Assembly (NCBI RefSeq): GCF_009914755.1
Contig: NC_060927.1
Direction: 5' to 3' (one strand)
Length of the DNA stretch: 64,000 bases
Source: the human T2T-CHM13v2.0 reference genome, Homo sapiens
A model generated the notes under the pieces. It saw only the letters and a program-made list of their open reading frames with translations, had not been told where the DNA came from and searched no databases. Position 1 is the stretch's first letter; each line of letters begins with the position of its first letter. Below are positions 57,601-64,000 of this stretch, in pieces. Position numbers and translations under genes: made by a program.

Positions 57601-60534
57601 GGACTTGGTGTTTTTGTTTTTGTGTATGATGGCATCAGTCAGAGTTATTACTTTAGCTGAGTGCTGCAGAAACAGCAGATGAGATCTGGAGATGGGAATC
57701 ACACACAGTTAGCTCCATTTGGCTAGCAGCAGTGTCTGAGATCTGGAATCACTGTTTTTCTGGCCAGCGGACCCAAGTTTCCCCTATCAGCCCTAGGCTG
57801 CTGGAGGTCTACTACACTTACACAGACAGACATGGTACTCACCATTCTGCCCATCCAGCAGAGAGCAGGAGGCCTGCCCATGTAGTTTGCTGGGTTTCTG
57901 AGTGCCTAGAGCATGTTGAGACTGTATGGAAATTGGGGAAGGAGCTCAGAGCACAGTCCCTGTTTACAGATGAGGAGACTGAGTCTTAGGAAGTCTTGGC
58001 TTATTCTGGGTTATTCTGGAGCAAAAGAGCTGTGGATCTAGACCAGTGGCTTGGTCTCCAGCTTTCCCCCAGGGATTTGCAGCCTCATTTTCCCCATCCA
58101 TAGTCCATTTTGCTAAGGCTGAAGCTGGTTCAGAACAAATAGGGCAGTCCCAGATACTCTTCTTGGTGGAGGCCATTTCTTTCTGGATATCCCCAGTCCT
58201 CGTAGCTCAGGGCAAGCGAGTAATTTAACCTGTCCGAAACCACAGAGAAAGACTGGGTGTTTCTGTTTGAGGCCTGAACATTTCTCACCACCCACAAGAG
58301 ACCCTCCCTCTGACAATGCACTGATGCCAGGGGGCCAGAGGTGTTAGCATTCAGTCCTTACTGACAAGGAGAAGGCAGGAAGACCATTCTCCTTTTCTCT
58401 CTGTAGATGTGGGGTTTTGGACAAATACTTGAATTTCCTGAATGTCAGATTTCTCTGAAGGAAAAGCAGGATTCCAAGGATTGGCATCAGTGCCTTTGCT
58501 AATGCCCATGCCTGCTCAGGCCTGCTAGTCCACCTTTCCGTTCTTCAGTGACTTACATGTGGGCCCGCCACCCCTTTCTGCACCAGAAGGGTGGCCCGTG
58601 TTGCCCTTGTTAGGCTTCTATTCTGACAGTTGGGGGTGGGAGGGAGACAAGGCATGGGCCTGAGCCTGCTAAGTAGAAGATGAGAAGATGCAGTTGGGGT
58701 GGGCAGTGGGGATGGGAGTGAGTTGCTGGGGAATATGAACCGTGGCCTGGGGCAGGCATAGCCTGCTTCTATAGGCTTCTCAGGGACTTCCATGCCCCAC
58801 TCAGAGCAGCCCCAGAAGCACATCCTGGCCTGGAGCTCCTGCAGATGCCAGTCTGTCCTCATCCTCAGAACAGCATCCCAGGAGTGACTGCGGTGCAGAG
58901 GCAGGGTTGCCTGCATGCCCGAGCCTCCAGTCTGATCAGCTGAATCCTCCCAGAGCACCATCTAGAGTGAAGGGGCCCACGCTCTGCCCCTGTGGGGAGC
59001 AGCAGGGCTGCCACCCCATCCCCAGCCTTCCAGGCCAAGGTGGTCCATCTGCCTCCCACCACCCTTGCTCTAGTCAGAATTACTTATAAGCCTCTCTAGG
59101 AAAACTACAGAGGAGTAAGCATGGTCTTACCTCATCCATTCCAAGGTCTGGACTTTGCTGAGGCCAAGCCAAGGATATTTAACCCATACCATCCCCAACT
59201 CCTACCCAATGGCAAACCATGAGCCTACGCAGTTTCCCAGGGTGGGCGGCGTGGAGAAGGGAGGGAGACAGTGCAGTGGCTCCGAGCCTCTCTCTCCCCT
59301 GCCTGCATCCCACTGCTTTCCGGCAAGGGCCAGGGCTCCAGATGGCTCGGGGGTGGTGCTGTGAGTTCAGTACAGATCCCTCTGCTACAGCCAGCAGCCT
59401 TGTCTCATTCCCTCTACTCCCTCCTGGCCACACTGCCACCTGGGCCAGAGAGGAATGAGGAGCAGGTTTCAGGACATGGGACCAGCAGTGTACTGAGGGG
59501 AGGTAAAGGTGTCTTCCGCTTTCCTGGGCCCAGGAGGGTGTCTGCCCAGCCTTCCAATGCTCACCTCCAAACAAAATGGAAGTGGATCTCCAGGTGGCAG
59601 GCCCTTCAGGAGGCCTTTCTCCCACCGAATAGCTAGTCCTTGGGCAGTTTGCTTTAGAGTAGCCACTTTGACCTAAACAGTCTCCAAGTCAATAGAGAAA
59701 TACTCTCCAAACTTTAGTCACTCTGGAGCAGCCAGCCCTGTTGCTTAGTACATGCCCCGAAGTGGTCCATGTTCCCAGAAGACAGGACCTTTGGCCTGCT
59801 TACTTGCTTGGACCACTGCAGGGTGGAGGCCACAGCCACTGGGGCCGTGAGGAGACAACAGGCATGGAATTCTACCTTTTAGTTATGGAAGAGGGCCATA
59901 AGTTAAGCTAAGAATGAATGTAAAATTAATTCAGATCTGAAAATAAGAAATTTTACTCCTAAAACACTTGTTTTCATATCTAAGGGCAAAGGAAACAGAA
60001 TAAAAAGAAAATGCAGTAAAAATGGTAGAGAAAAAAAGAAATCCATGAATAAAGTAGGAGTTGGAAGAAGTGGAAGAAGGCACAAGAAGGGGAGGCAGGA
60101 AAGGGAGGTGATGGAAAGAGAGCCAGAGGCAGGAAGAGGCAGGGACCAGGAAATCTTGGTAAAGTTCCCAGTTGCTGGCTGGTAACCTGTTGGTTTTGCT
60201 GCTTCTACTCTTTATTTTGCTCAGCCTTTGGCCTGGACAGGCATGTTTAACCCACTGAGTCAGAGGGCAGCCCTCTCCCTTCTTCCTGTCCTTGCCTCCC
60301 TCCACAGTGCTTTTCAGTCCTATTGATAGCCGGGAACTGTCCCAGACACTGGAGAAACAGGTAGAAATGAAGCAGATGTGCTGCTCAGCTCTGTGAAGCC
60401 TTCAGACCAGTGCAGGAGGCACCACTGCCACCAAGAACCACACAAGCAAACACACAATCACATCTGGGGTCAAGGAGGGGAGGGCTATGGCGGGTGCTGT
60501 TGGTACGATGCTGAGACAAGATTCCTGGGGGTAG

Positions 60535-63950
<3,416 letters not shown>

Positions 63951-64000
63951 AAAAATAATGCTAATTTTAAAAACCCTCTGGAAATAGACAGAGGTGATGG

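Overview
This is primate (almost certainly human) genomic DNA inside BSN (Bassoon, presynaptic active-zone scaffold), transcribed on the + strand. The only protein-coding sequence is one 409-bp internal exon (54234-54642, exon 2). It encodes ...TSRRLDPKEPLGNQ...CPICKTSDL...[22 protein letters not shown], the N-terminal part of the first Piccolo/Bassoon zinc finger. The rest is intron: about 55-60 Alus, a ~21-kb nested block of antisense L1 remnants (7.3-28.8 kb) holding a MER44, a MER51 solo LTR and a CpG-rich ~450-bp retrocopy of an unidentified mRNA 3' end, plus L2/MIR/MER5/HAL1 relics and a 1.3-kb almost pure-AT tract. I see no evidence for a new gene or multi-gene system. The most unusual signal is a series of locally templated insertion/template-switch scars (4342-4894, 27525-27929, 36056-36231, 51101-51137). 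I also list testable RNA-processing hypotheses around exon 2: YCAY cluster, cryptic donors and acceptor, and inverted Alus for circRNA. Repeat subfamily calls come from remembered consensus sequences, and repeat boundaries are approximate (about +/-20 bp).
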